Assembly: GCA_002839335.1 (NCBI GenBank)
Contig: PGXU01000005.1
Location: forward strand, 28,215 to 92,214
DNA length: 64,000 nucleotides
Source: Spirochaetae bacterium HGW-Spirochaetae-4
Lineage (GTDB): Bacteria > Spirochaetota > Spirochaetia > Sphaerochaetales > Sphaerochaetaceae
Direction of reading: 5' to 3'
Both the position numbers and the translations under genes were made by a program. Below the pieces are notes generated by a model. That model ran no database searches. It saw nothing but the letters and a program-made list of their open reading frames with translations, and had not been told where the DNA came from. Positions 43,736 through 53,201 of the stretch are shown piece by piece. Numbering within the stretch: position 1 is the first letter of the stretch; every line of letters begins with the position of its first letter.

Positions 43736-46225
43736 CTAATCTTCAGTTACTTCTTGAGTCTCTTCGGGCTCCTCGTCAATTCCAGCATCTATTTCGTCGA
43801 GCTTCTCAGCGTCGGTCCGTGCGATTGCCACAATCGAGTCGGAGTCTTTCAACTTAGTTATACAAACACCCGAAGCGTAAGCCTTCTGGATCGAGATCGA
43901 GGAAACTGGAATCCGGATAGATTGTCCCATCGAGGTAATGCAGACAACGTCGTCATCATCATCCACAGATAGTGCACTGACAATAAATCCTGTCTTATCA
44001 CGGAAGGTATAGATCTTCTGTCCCATGGTACCTCGGCCATGCGTTCTGAATTCATCGAAATGAATTTGTTTGCCTTGGCCGTTTTCGGTTATCATGAGGA
44101 TCCGCTTGTCATCGTCGACCTTTAAGAGTCCAGCAACCTCATCGTCGTCGATCAACCTGATACCCCGTACACCACGAGAAGCTCGACCCATGGCACGTAC
44201 ATCGCTTCCCGCGAACCGCAACCCTTTGCCCTTTTTGCTGATAATCATGCAATCATCACCTTCGGTCACCAATTCACAATTGACCAAAACATCGCCTTCA
44301 TCAAGAATTATTGCGGTAATTCCACGAGTCTTTGCATTCCTAAAGAGGGGTAGGTTGACCTTTTTGGCAACTCCATCTTTTGTTACCATAAGCAAATAGA
44401 GATAATCCTCAAACTCTTGGAAATTGATTATCGAGGTTATTTCCTCACCATCTCCAAACGGAAGTAGCTTCTTGATACTTTCACCCTTCGAAGTTTTTGA
44501 ACCGATCGGCATTTCATGGACTTTCAACCAATAGGCTTTACCGGCATTGGTCACCACCATCACATAATCATGGGTGGAGGCTACAAAAAGGTGTTCAACA
44601 AAATCCTCATCGCGCAAAGTAGTACCGCGAACTCCACGTCCGCCTCTTCCTTGACTGCGATATTCATCAGCAGGAACACGTTTTACAAAACCCTTGTTTG
44701 AGATGACGACAACAACGTCCTCTTCCTTGATGAAATCCTCGATATTCATGCCACCAAGTTCTTCCAAGGTAATTTCAGTTCGTCGTCTATCGCCGAACTT
44801 TGTCGAGATTTCCTGGATTTCGTTTTTAACAACTTGCAATATTTTTGCTTTTTCTGAAAGAATATCTTTATAAAATGCAATTTTAGTATTTAATTCTCCC
44901 AATTCGTTCAATATCTTATCTGTTTCAAGATGACTCAACCGGCCTAATTTCATATCGATGATAGCCTGGGCTTGAATTTCCGAAAGTCCAAATCGTGACA
45001 TGAGGTTTGCCGCCGCGATAGTATTGTCGTCAGCCTCCTTAATCACCTTGATTACTTCATCGATATTATCCAGACCGATTTTCAAACCAAGCAATACATG
45101 TGCCCGCTCTTCTGCCTTTCGCAAATCGAACCGGGTCCTTCTTTCCACCACAACTTGCCTGTGTTCAACGTAATGCCTGATCATATCGATCAGACCCAGC
45201 TGTTGCGGCCTACCGTTGACAAGTGCGAGATTGTTTACGTTGAAATTCGACTGCAGCGAGGTATGCAGGAAAAGCAGGTTGACCACAACCCTTGCCACGG
45301 CACCTTTCTTCAGCTCGACAACCAAGCGTATGCCATCGCGGTCGGATTCGTCCCTGACTTCGCTAATACCTGTAATAACAGCCTTTTTCAATTCGGCGAT
45401 ACGTTTTACCAATTCGGACTTGTTCACCTGATACGGCAATTCGGTGAAGATGATCTGGTCTTTGCCGCCGTCGGCTTCCTCGATCTCGTATCTCCCCCGA
45501 ACAACCACCTTTCCCCTACCGGTTGCAAAAGCACTGACTATGCCACTTCGGCCACAGATAATACCGGCAGTCGGGAAATCAGGCCCTTTTATGTGTTCCA
45601 TGATTTCGTGCAACTGGATATCGGGATTGTCGATATAAGCAGCTACAGCAGCGCATATCTCCGTGAGATTGTGCGGAGCCATGTTGGTTGCCATACCAAC
45701 AGCAATACCACTGCTACCATTGGCCAGTAGGAAAGGAATCGCAGCAGGAAGGACCAACGGCTCTTCCAACGAATCGTCGTAGTTGGGGCCAAAATCAACG
45801 GTATCCTTCTGGATATCGTTGAGCATCTCCTCTCCGAGACGGCTCATTTTAGCTTCCGTGTATCTCATGGCCGCAGCCGGGTCCCCATCGATGGAACCGA
45901 AGTTTCCCTGTGGTTGGACTACAGGATATCGTAGCGAAAAATCCTGTGCCAATCGGACCAACGCATCATATACAGAAGCATCACCATGCGGGTGATACTT
46001 ACCAAGTACGTCACCAACAATTCTTGCTGCTTTCTTGAAGGGCGTGTTGTATTTCAATCCCATTTCAAACATGTCATACAGTATTCGCCTGTGGACAGGC
46101 TTCAAGCCGTCCCGCACATCTGGCAGGGCCCTGCTGACAATTACAGACATCGCATAGTTGAGATAAGATGTCTTCATCTCATCGCCAATGCTTGTTCTTA
46201 GAATCCTTCCGGTCTGTTCTTCCAT
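43736..46225 (-). CDS. gyrA: DNA gyrase subunit A
   Basis: 829 aa; [31 protein letters not shown] and GKYHPHGD (QRDR region). Confidence 0.97.
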   Translation of the reverse strand: MEEQTGRILRTSIGDEMKTSYLNYAMSVIVSRALPDVRDGLKPVHRRILYDMFEMGLKYNTPFKKAARIVGDVLGKYHPHGDASVYDALVRLAQDFSLRYPVVQPQGNFGSIDGDPAAAMRYTEAKMSRLGEEMLNDIQKDTVDFGPNYDDSLEEPLVLPAAIPFLLANGSSGIAVGMATNMAPHNLTEICAAVAAYIDNPDIQLHEIMEHIKGPDFPTAGIICGRSGIVSAFATGRGKVVVRGRYEIEEADGGKDQIIFTELPYQVNKSELVKRIAELKKAVITGISEVRDESDRDGIRLVVELKKGAVARVVVNLLFLHTSLQSNFNVNNLALVNGRPQQLGLIDMIRHYVEHRQVVVERRTRFDLRKAEERAHVLLGLKIGLDNIDEVIKVIKEADDNTIAAANLMSRFGLSEIQAQAIIDMKLGRLSHLETDKILNELGELNTKIAFYKDILSEKAKILQVVKNEIQEISTKFGDRRRTEITLEELGGMNIEDFIKEEDVVVVISNKGFVKRVPADEYRSQGRGGRGVRGTTLRDEDFVEHLFVASTHDYVMVVTNAGKAYWLKVHEMPIGSKTSKGESIKKLLPFGDGEEITSIINFQEFEDYLYLLMVTKDGVAKKVNLPLFRNAKTRGITAIILDEGDVLVNCELVTEGDDCMIISKKGKGLRFAGSDVRAMGRASRGVRGIRLIDDDEVAGLLKVDDDKRILMITENGQGKQIHFDEFRTHGRGTMGQKIYTFRDKTGFIVSALSVDDDDDVVCITSMGQSIRIPVSSISIQKAYASGVCITKLKDSDSIVAIARTDAEKLDEIDAGIDEEPEETQEVTED

Positions 46226-46246
46226 AATTATAATCCCTAAATAACC

Positions 46247-48226
46247 TTATACATCCAGATTAGAAACATACATTGCATTTTGCTCAATGAAATTCTTTCT
46301 AGGTTCAACTTCTTCGCCCATCAACATGGTGAAGATCTGATCAGCCTCGACAGCGTCCTCAAGGGTAACTTGAGTCAAACTGCGCGTATCGGCATTCATG
46401 GTAGTTTCCCACAACTGATCGGGGTTCATCTCACCGAGACCCTTGTAGCGCTGAATGGGTATCTTGCTAACGTCGCCTTCCTTTGCATTCTCCTCAAGAA
46501 TCTTCTTTCGGGCATCCTCATCGTAGGCATAGAATATCTTCTTGCCCACTGTGATCTTATACAATGGAGGCATAGCAAAATAGACATACCCTGCCTCGAT
46601 CAACGGCCGCATATACCTGAAGAAGAAAGTGAGGAGCAGGGTCCTGATATGGGAACCGTCGACATCCGCATCGGCCATGATTATCACCTTATGGTATCTG
46701 ACCTTTTCCACTTGAAAGTGGGCTCCAAGTCCGGCACCCAGTGACGCGATTACGGGTTGCAGCTTGTCGTTCCCCAGGACCTTTTCCTCCCGGGCTTTCT
46801 CGACATTGAGCATCTTTCCCCACAACGGGAGGATCGCCTGCACAGAACGGTCACGTCCCTGTTTTGCGCTACCTCCGGCTGAATCTCCCTCTACAATGAA
46901 GATTTCACACTTCGCGGGATCCTTCTCCGAACAATCCGCAAGCTTACCAGGCAATCCGGAACCCTCGCTGCTCTTTCTGATACGCATCCGTGCATCACGG
47001 GCAGCGAATCGCGCCTTTGCGGCAAGTATGGCCTTCTCAAGTATCGCTTCGATAACCATGGGGTATTCGTCGAAGTAATCGTTGAATTTTTCATATACCA
47101 TTGAAGCGACAATACCTTGGACACGGGGATTCCCCAACTTCATCTTGGTCTGGCCCTCGAACTGCGGGTCGGGAATCTTTACGGAAATAACCGCAGTCAT
47201 ACCCTCCTTCATGTCGTCACCAGTGAGGGAATCGTCAAACTTCTTCGCCAGCTTCGACTTTTTCAGCTGCTCATTCATAATCCGTGTCAGACCACTTCTG
47301 AAACCAGCCAAGTGGGTACCACCCTCACGGGTGTTTATATTGTTGACGAAAGTGAACAACACTTCGTCATACCTATCGTTGTATTGCAGGGCAACCTCGA
47401 CCTTCACATCATCCTTCTGCCCATCGAAATAGACAGGTTCCTCATGAACGAGCTTCTTAGAAGTGTTCAAATGCTGGATAAAGGATTTGATACCGCCTTC
47501 GAAATGGAAGGTTTGTTGTCGCAAAGTCTCTCCACGCTCATCTGCGATGGAAATGACAATCCCCTTGTTGAGGAATGCGAGTTCCCTGAAACGCTCGGTC
47601 AACACTCCATAGCTGAACTGGTCGGTCTCAAGTATGGAACCGTCCACCTTGAATCGGACCACGGTTCCGGTACGATCGCTTTCCCCAATGATTTCTACCG
47701 GTTTCACGGGAACACCTTTTTGGTACTTCTGGTAGAAAATCGACGGATCACGATAGACAGTTACTTCGAGCCACTCCGAAAGGGCATTTACGACAGAGAC
47801 ACCAACTCCGTGCAAACCACCGGAAACCTTGTAGGTGTCGTTGTCGAACTTCCCTCCGGCATGCAGCTGCGTAAGTACGACTTCCAACGAGCTTATCTTT
47901 TCGACCGGATGGGGTTCGGTGGGAATACCACGGCCATCATCCTCGACGCGAATTATATTGTCTTTTTCAATTGTGACGGAAATGGTGTTGCAATAACCGG
48001 CCATCGCTTCATCGATACTGTTGTCGACAACCTCGTACACCAAGTGGTGAAGGCCATCGATACCAGTCGACCCAATGTACATTCCCGGTCGTTTTCTGAC
48101 CGCCTCCAGACCCTTGAGCACTTGGATATTGTTTGCCGTATACGACCGTGCTCCAGCCCTTCCATGCATGGCATCGTGATGAACCGCAGTGTCAGCAGGC
48201 ACTCCCTCGAAAACGCTATCAACCAT
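46247..48226 (-). CDS. gyrB: DNA gyrase subunit B
   Basis: IQVLKGLEAVRKRPGMYIG, GLHGVG, EGDSAGG and PLWGKMLNVEKA. Start at 48226 (RBS aagga); an alternative ATG lies at 48169. Confidence 0.96.
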   Translation of the reverse strand: MVDSVFEGVPADTAVHHDAMHGRAGARSYTANNIQVLKGLEAVRKRPGMYIGSTGIDGLHHLVYEVVDNSIDEAMAGYCNTISVTIEKDNIIRVEDDGRGIPTEPHPVEKISSLEVVLTQLHAGGKFDNDTYKVSGGLHGVGVSVVNALSEWLEVTVYRDPSIFYQKYQKGVPVKPVEIIGESDRTGTVVRFKVDGSILETDQFSYGVLTERFRELAFLNKGIVISIADERGETLRQQTFHFEGGIKSFIQHLNTSKKLVHEEPVYFDGQKDDVKVEVALQYNDRYDEVLFTFVNNINTREGGTHLAGFRSGLTRIMNEQLKKSKLAKKFDDSLTGDDMKEGMTAVISVKIPDPQFEGQTKMKLGNPRVQGIVASMVYEKFNDYFDEYPMVIEAILEKAILAAKARFAARDARMRIRKSSEGSGLPGKLADCSEKDPAKCEIFIVEGDSAGGSAKQGRDRSVQAILPLWGKMLNVEKAREEKVLGNDKLQPVIASLGAGLGAHFQVEKVRYHKVIIMADADVDGSHIRTLLLTFFFRYMRPLIEAGYVYFAMPPLYKITVGKKIFYAYDEDARKKILEENAKEGDVSKIPIQRYKGLGEMNPDQLWETTMNADTRSLTQVTLEDAVEADQIFTMLMGEEVEPRKNFIEQNAMYVSNLDV

Positions 48227-48427
48227 ATTACTATGTCCTTATAAGATATAAAAATGAAATTGTACCAAATGGTACCATTTTTACCAAATTATGTAAAGGG
48301 TACGGACCAATTTTAAGTAATATTTATTTCTTTTCATCACAATATTTTATAATGATATTTCTAGGGGTTTCCCAGAGTACCGCGGTAAGGCTTGCCAATC
48401 GCGATTCGCTGATATAAGATAGCAGAC

Positions 48428-49849
48428 ATGCCGCAAGAAAAGTGGAACTATAATCCGTTCTGGGACGAGGTCGTCTCACGCATGCAATCCTCGCTCTCTG
48501 AGCAGGAATGCATAACTTGGTTGAATCGAATCTCATACGCCGGATCGGAGGACCACAAGCTTGTTTTGGCTGTGCCGTCCCTGTTTATTCGCGACTATGT
48601 GTCTACACAATACAAACCTGCCATACAGTCGATGTTGAATGAACTGACCGGAGAGGCTGTTACTGTCGACATCCTCGTAAAGAAGATGCCCGCACAGACC
48701 GGGAGCCAGGGACAGTCCGAAGGATCGCAACACAAGCATGCCGAACATGACAAGTCGGTAAAATCCCACCAGGTCTCGTCACCACTGCCTAAGGCGCAAA
48801 AGAAACCACGGGATCCCAATATAAACACCAGCTATCAATTCGAAAGCTTTGTCGTTGGTGACAACAGTGCATTCGCCTACAGCGTTAGCATGGCGATCGC
48901 AAAGAATCCAGGAGTCAGCTACAATCCTTGCCTCATCTATGGCGGTGTCGGTCTCGGAAAGACCCATCTTATCCAATCCATAGGAAACTATATCCAGGAT
49001 TATACCCCTGAATTGCAGGTTGTATATGTCACCGCCGAAATGTTCACCAACGAATTCATCCAATCCATCGGAGAGGAGAAGACACCCCAGTTCAGGAACA
49101 AATACCGGAAGGCGGACGTGCTGCTTATCGATGACATCCACTTCCTCCAGAAGAAGTCCTCGACACAGGAAGAGATGTTCCATGTCTTCAACAATTTGTT
49201 TGAAGCCAACAAACAATTGGTGTTCACGTGCGACAGACCGATAAACGAGCTGCAGGACATAGCTGACCGCCTCAAGAATCGATTTACCAGGGGAATCAAT
49301 GTAGATCTTCAACCTCCCGATTTTGAAACGAGGCTGGCTATCCTGAGGCGTAAGTGTGAGGGGAAGGCTTGCCATATATCGAGCGAGGTCCTGGAGTACA
49401 TCGGCAAGAGCGTCAACACGAATGTCAGGGACCTGGAGGCGAGCCTCACCAAACTGATAGCCTACAGTAACCTGCTCAACAAGGAAATAACCTTGGACAT
49501 AGCACGGGAACAACTGAAAAGCACATACTCGATGTCCAAGGACCAGTCGATGTCAATCGACTCCATTATTCGCGTTATAGCAGATTACTTCAATATATCT
49601 CCTTATGATATAAAAGGTAAAAAGAGAACTAAATCTGTAGTTCTTCCTCGCCAGATTGCAATGTATGTCGCCCGTACGATAACCGATTTCTCCACGACGG
49701 AAATCGGATATGAATTTGGAGGAAGGGACCATACGACTGTCATGCACTCGGTCCAACGGGTCGAAGGGATGATACAGAGTGATATTGCCGTAAGCAATTC
49801 GATTCAAAACCTCATACGCCAGGCACAAAGTTTCAAGCGCGAAAAATAG
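48428..49849 (+). CDS. dnaA: Chromosomal replication initiator DnaA
   Basis: YNPCLIYGGVGLGKTHL, LLIDDIHFL and domain IV IAMYVARTITDFSTTEIGYEFGGRDHTTVMH. Confidence 0.97.
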   Translation: MPQEKWNYNPFWDEVVSRMQSSLSEQECITWLNRISYAGSEDHKLVLAVPSLFIRDYVSTQYKPAIQSMLNELTGEAVTVDILVKKMPAQTGSQGQSEGSQHKHAEHDKSVKSHQVSSPLPKAQKKPRDPNINTSYQFESFVVGDNSAFAYSVSMAIAKNPGVSYNPCLIYGGVGLGKTHLIQSIGNYIQDYTPELQVVYVTAEMFTNEFIQSIGEEKTPQFRNKYRKADVLLIDDIHFLQKKSSTQEEMFHVFNNLFEANKQLVFTCDRPINELQDIADRLKNRFTRGINVDLQPPDFETRLAILRRKCEGKACHISSEVLEYIGKSVNTNVRDLEASLTKLIAYSNLLNKEITLDIAREQLKSTYSMSKDQSMSIDSIIRVIADYFNISPYDIKGKKRTKSVVLPRQIAMYVARTITDFSTTEIGYEFGGRDHTTVMHSVQRVEGMIQSDIAVSNSIQNLIRQAQSFKREK

Positions 49850-50072
49850 AAAAACAAGTTGGGGAAAAATTGGGGAAAAATTGTTGATACGGGTGGATAA
49901 CTTTCGAAGCTTGTGGATTCCTGTGGATAAAAAGTGGATAAACACCCCATTCCATCCACAGGATGTGAAAAATTATGAAGATATTGTATAAAGAATTATT
50001 GTCGTTTTCCACAGTATACATGATACTATTACTACTACTGCTGTATATATACAAACTAATAGGAGTGATCAT
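49850..50072. other. oriC (dnaA-dnaN intergenic origin): DnaA boxes, DnaA-trio-like array, AT-rich DUE
   Basis: Boxes relative to TTATCCACA: 49892-49900 (8/9), 49912-49920 (7/9), 49922-49930 (9/9), 49933-49941 (8/9), all as TGTGGATAA-type; 49952-49960 (7/9) and 50005-50013 TTTTCCACA (8/9) are forward. A trinucleotide array lies at 50023-50043, whose complement reads CAG CAG TAG TAG TAA TAG TAT. It is followed by tatatatacaaactaat. A tandem TTGGGGAAAAA x2 lies at 49859-49880. Confidence 0.85.
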
Positions 50073-51176
50073 ATGAAGTTCGCCTGCCAAAAAAATACGT
50101 TGCTCAAGGAAATCATCCTAGCCCTTGATTTCACGTCCCAAAGGAACACATTGTCTATCGTTTCAAACGTATTGCTAGAGACACATGCAAACACTTTGAT
50201 CATCAAGGCAACTGACCAGAAAGTTGGTTTTAAGACTGAAATAGCTGTAGAGACAATCGAAGCTGGCTCAACAACGGTGTTCTGTGACAAATTTCTCGGA
50301 ATTCTTCGCACATTACCCGATGAGAACATCATTTTCGAGGAAATGGGAGACAAACTTCTCATTCATCCTGAAAAAAAATCCATCGATTTTGAACTTAGGA
50401 CGATTTCCTCCGAGAAATTCCCCAATTTGGAAGAAGCTCCTGAACATGAATACTTTTCTCTCGGGCAAAAGGATCTGTTCACCATGATCGACCAGACAAT
50501 TTTTGCAATCAGCGATGATGAAGCCAGATATTTCATGAACGGTGTATATCTCGAGCACGATGCGGAAGGACTCGTCATGGTAGCGACAGATGGAAGAAGG
50601 CTTTCGTTTATCAAGCGAAAGTTCGAACAGGCGATACCATCCTTCAATCCCATCATAATCCCAGCCAAATTCTTGACCCTCCTAAAGAAGGCTGGAACTG
50701 GAGAAGGTGAAATCTCAATATCTGTCAACGAATCGATTATTTTCGCAAAGTTTGGAAACCAGGTCATGTATTCATCGCTTATAAAGGGACAATTTCCCAA
50801 TTATCGACGTGTTATTCCCGCTTCGCAAACGAATACTTGTCGAGTTTCTGTTGCTGAAATGAATGAAGCCTTGAAGCGAGTATCACTGTTGGTTGAGAAC
50901 AAAGCGAAACGTGTATACCTGGATATTGAGGCGGGTGGAATCACCATCAGTTCCGAGGAAAGTGATTTTGGGCAAGCAAAGGAAATAATCAATTGCGAGT
51001 ATTCGGGAGAAAGTTGCCGTCTTGCCATGAACTATTCCTACCTCGTCAGCCCTCTGCGTGTTATGGAAGGCGATCATTTCGCCTTGTGTTTCACTGAATC
51101 CAATCGGGCGGTAACAGTGAAGCCGGATCCTGAAAAGGATTTTTTCCATATCATCATGCCCATGCAGATAGACTGA
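50073..51176 (+). CDS. dnaN: DNA polymerase III beta sliding clamp
   Basis: A 367-aa protein in the dnaA-dnaN-recF context with a typical clamp pattern (MKF.C....L...I, ...FPNY, LNYSYL). RBS aggag. Confidence 0.93.
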   Translation: MKFACQKNTLLKEIILALDFTSQRNTLSIVSNVLLETHANTLIIKATDQKVGFKTEIAVETIEAGSTTVFCDKFLGILRTLPDENIIFEEMGDKLLIHPEKKSIDFELRTISSEKFPNLEEAPEHEYFSLGQKDLFTMIDQTIFAISDDEARYFMNGVYLEHDAEGLVMVATDGRRLSFIKRKFEQAIPSFNPIIIPAKFLTLLKKAGTGEGEISISVNESIIFAKFGNQVMYSSLIKGQFPNYRRVIPASQTNTCRVSVAEMNEALKRVSLLVENKAKRVYLDIEAGGITISSEESDFGQAKEIINCEYSGESCRLAMNYSYLVSPLRVMEGDHFALCFTESNRAVTVKPDPEKDFFHIIMPMQID

Positions 51177-52261
51177 TGAAATTCCGTTCGCTTGGATTCC
51201 ATAATTTCAGGAATCTGACCGATTCTATCGTTCCGACCGATACGAAACACATTGTGTTGGTCGGAAACAATGGACAAGGCAAAACAAATTTCCTCGAAGC
51301 ATTGTATGTGCTGTGTTATGGTTCCTCGTTCAGGGCGTTGAATATCCGGGACATGTGCAATCATGGTCAAAAGGAATTTTCCCTCTCGGCGATTGTCGAA
51401 ACCGACGATGGATCAAACCAGCAGATACTGGTCCGTTTTGGCGAAGGTAAACGTGAGATTCGGATTGATGGGAAGGAAATCCGTGATCGGAGGGATCTGA
51501 TCTACAATATTCCCTGCATTGTCTTTTCGCATGACGACATAGAGTTTGTCCGCGGTACCCCTGAAAGTAGGCGTCGTTTCTTCGACCAGACTATGTCGCT
51601 GTATGATCCGTTGTTTTTCGATGATTTGCGGAGATACCGGGTTGTTTTGAAACAACGCAATGCTGCGATAAAAGAGGGGTACACTTCACTCCTTCCGGTA
51701 TATGACAGACAGCTCGCCGCATTGGGAATGTCTATACAGGACCAGCGAAGGCAAGCTACCACCGAATTCAATGCCATTTTCGGTACATTGTATTCCTCCG
51801 TTTCACAAACCGAAGACGATATGCATATTGCCTATCGTCCATCCTGGGGAGATTGCAAGAATACCGATGATGCCGTTGAAAAGCTTGCGAAGACTTTGGA
51901 TCGCGATATCCGCATGCAGACCACGGCAAGTGGTATCCATCGTGATCAATTCATCGTCATGAACAATTCACATAACTTTGCATTGAGCGGTTCCACTGGA
52001 CAAATGCGTCTGGCCTCGCTGATTTTCAGAATCGCACAGGTGCAAGCCTTCCGACAGAAGACAGGAAAGGACCCGATCCTGCTTATCGACGATGTATTGC
52101 TCGAGCTCGATGTTATCAAACGTGGTCTTTTTCTTGAGCAATTGGGCGGTTATAGCCAAGCTTTCTTCACATTCCTACCGGAGGAGAGGTATTTCTCCCA
52201 GATAACCGACGAAACCGGCTTGACGTATCGGGTGGAACAGGGGAATTTTTACACGGCATGA
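51176..52261 (+). CDS. recF: DNA replication and repair protein RecF
   Basis: FRNL...VLVGNNGQGKTNFLEALY (Walker A), the signature GSTGQMRLASL and LLIDDV. The start overlaps the dnaN stop. Confidence 0.93.
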   Translation: MKFRSLGFHNFRNLTDSIVPTDTKHIVLVGNNGQGKTNFLEALYVLCYGSSFRALNIRDMCNHGQKEFSLSAIVETDDGSNQQILVRFGEGKREIRIDGKEIRDRRDLIYNIPCIVFSHDDIEFVRGTPESRRRFFDQTMSLYDPLFFDDLRRYRVVLKQRNAAIKEGYTSLLPVYDRQLAALGMSIQDQRRQATTEFNAIFGTLYSSVSQTEDDMHIAYRPSWGDCKNTDDAVEKLAKTLDRDIRMQTTASGIHRDQFIVMNNSHNFALSGSTGQMRLASLIFRIAQVQAFRQKTGKDPILLIDDVLLELDVIKRGLFLEQLGGYSQAFFTFLPEERYFSQITDETGLTYRVEQGNFYTA

Positions 52262-52548
52262 AAGAAAAAACCACACAAGAATTGCTTGACATGTTGCTCT
52301 CCCGACTTCATATCGATGATTCGAATCCATTGGCCGTAATCTATCACGAATGGATGGAAATTGTTGGTCCGGACATTGCCGCGCACACCAAGATATTCGA
52401 TGTACGGGGAAAAGTACTCGTCATCGAGGCCGACCACCCTACTTGGGCATCGATGGTGATGATGCGGAAAAAACAAATTATCGGAAGATTGAAACGGCAA
52501 TTTCCGGAATTGGAAATTTCCCAATTGCAAGTCAGGTCACACTCGTAA
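52258..52548 (+). CDS. DUF721-domain protein (DciA-like)
   Basis: 96 aa; W.EIVGPDIAAHTKIFDVRGKVLVIEADHPTWASMVMMRKKQII.RLK is the typical DUF721 pattern. Lies immediately after recF. Confidence 0.75.
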   Translation: MKEKTTQELLDMLLSRLHIDDSNPLAVIYHEWMEIVGPDIAAHTKIFDVRGKVLVIEADHPTWASMVMMRKKQIIGRLKRQFPELEISQLQVRSHS

Positions 52549-52557
52549 TGCGTCTAC

Positions 52558-52587
52558 TTGACATGATGTCTACACGACCTATATACT
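52558..52587 (+). promoter_or_regulatory. Sigma70 promoter of rpmH-rnpA-yidC-jag
   Basis: TTGACA-N16-TATATA (or N18-TATACT), ~75 nt upstream of rpmH. Confidence 0.6.
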
Positions 52588-52659
52588 GCCCCATCGGGAC
52601 TGTGTTCCCATCAACTAGATAAAATCCGCGTAAAGCGATACATATTTGGAGATTTCCCC

Positions 52660-52815
52660 ATGAAGAGAACTTACCAGCCAAGTAGAACAAAGAGAAATAG
52701 AAAGTTCGGTTTCCGTGCACGCATGGCCACCAAGGGTGGACGTCTTGTTCTTGCCAGACGAAGAGCGAAGGGCAGGAAGAAGCTTACCGTCTGCGATGAG
52801 AAAAAGCCTTACTAA
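52660..52815 (+). CDS. rpmH: 50S ribosomal protein L34
   Basis: Too short for the ORF track. My translation is [51 protein letters not shown], the canonical L34 with a short tail. Confidence 0.93.
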   Translation: MKRTYQPSRTKRNRKFGFRARMATKGGRLVLARRRAKGRKKLTVCDEKKPY

Positions 52816-53146
52816 ACAAGAAATTGTAAAAAAGAAGCCAGAAATAGATGCGATATTCCGCAAAGGTAAGAAATTCTCCTGCTCTGGGGTGCGATTGTTG
52901 GTTGCACCTAATGGGCTTGGTGTGGACAGGGTTATAGTGATTCCTGTCCGCCACTTTGGAAATTCCGTTGAGAGAAACCGGATTAGACGGCAAATCAAGG
53001 AAATCTGGAGAATCGAGAAACCGAAATTTCGTACTGGCTTCGATTTTGCATTCGTGGTGTATCCAGGGAAGGTTTTAGATCATGAAACGCAAAGGAAGCA
53101 GTTGACATATTTGTTCTCACAGGCAGAAGTCTATCTAGCCGACTAG
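52796..53146 (+). CDS. rnpA: RNase P protein component
   Basis: The ATG at 52796 gives [27 protein letters not shown]...[14 protein letters not shown] (RNR motif). It overlaps the rpmH 3' end by 20 nt, as is usual. The ORF-track GTG start at 52715 lies inside rpmH. Confidence 0.88.
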   Translation: MRKSLTKQEIVKKKPEIDAIFRKGKKFSCSGVRLLVAPNGLGVDRVIVIPVRHFGNSVERNRIRRQIKEIWRIEKPKFRTGFDFAFVVYPGKVLDHETQRKQLTYLFSQAEVYLAD

Positions 53147-53201
53147 TTCCATATACCTTTCCTGTTCACACCTCATAGACGGAATATATTCAGGAGTGGA
53201 T

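Noticed and set aside
47117-48244. A 375-aa plus-strand ORF. Similar long antisense ORFs lie at 34369-35292, 32869-33867, 48779-49513, 55718-56434 and 58048-58824.
   Set aside because: Each lies opposite a highly conserved housekeeping gene (gyrB, fprA, pepD, dnaA, metK, murA). These are the shadow ORFs expected at this GC content.
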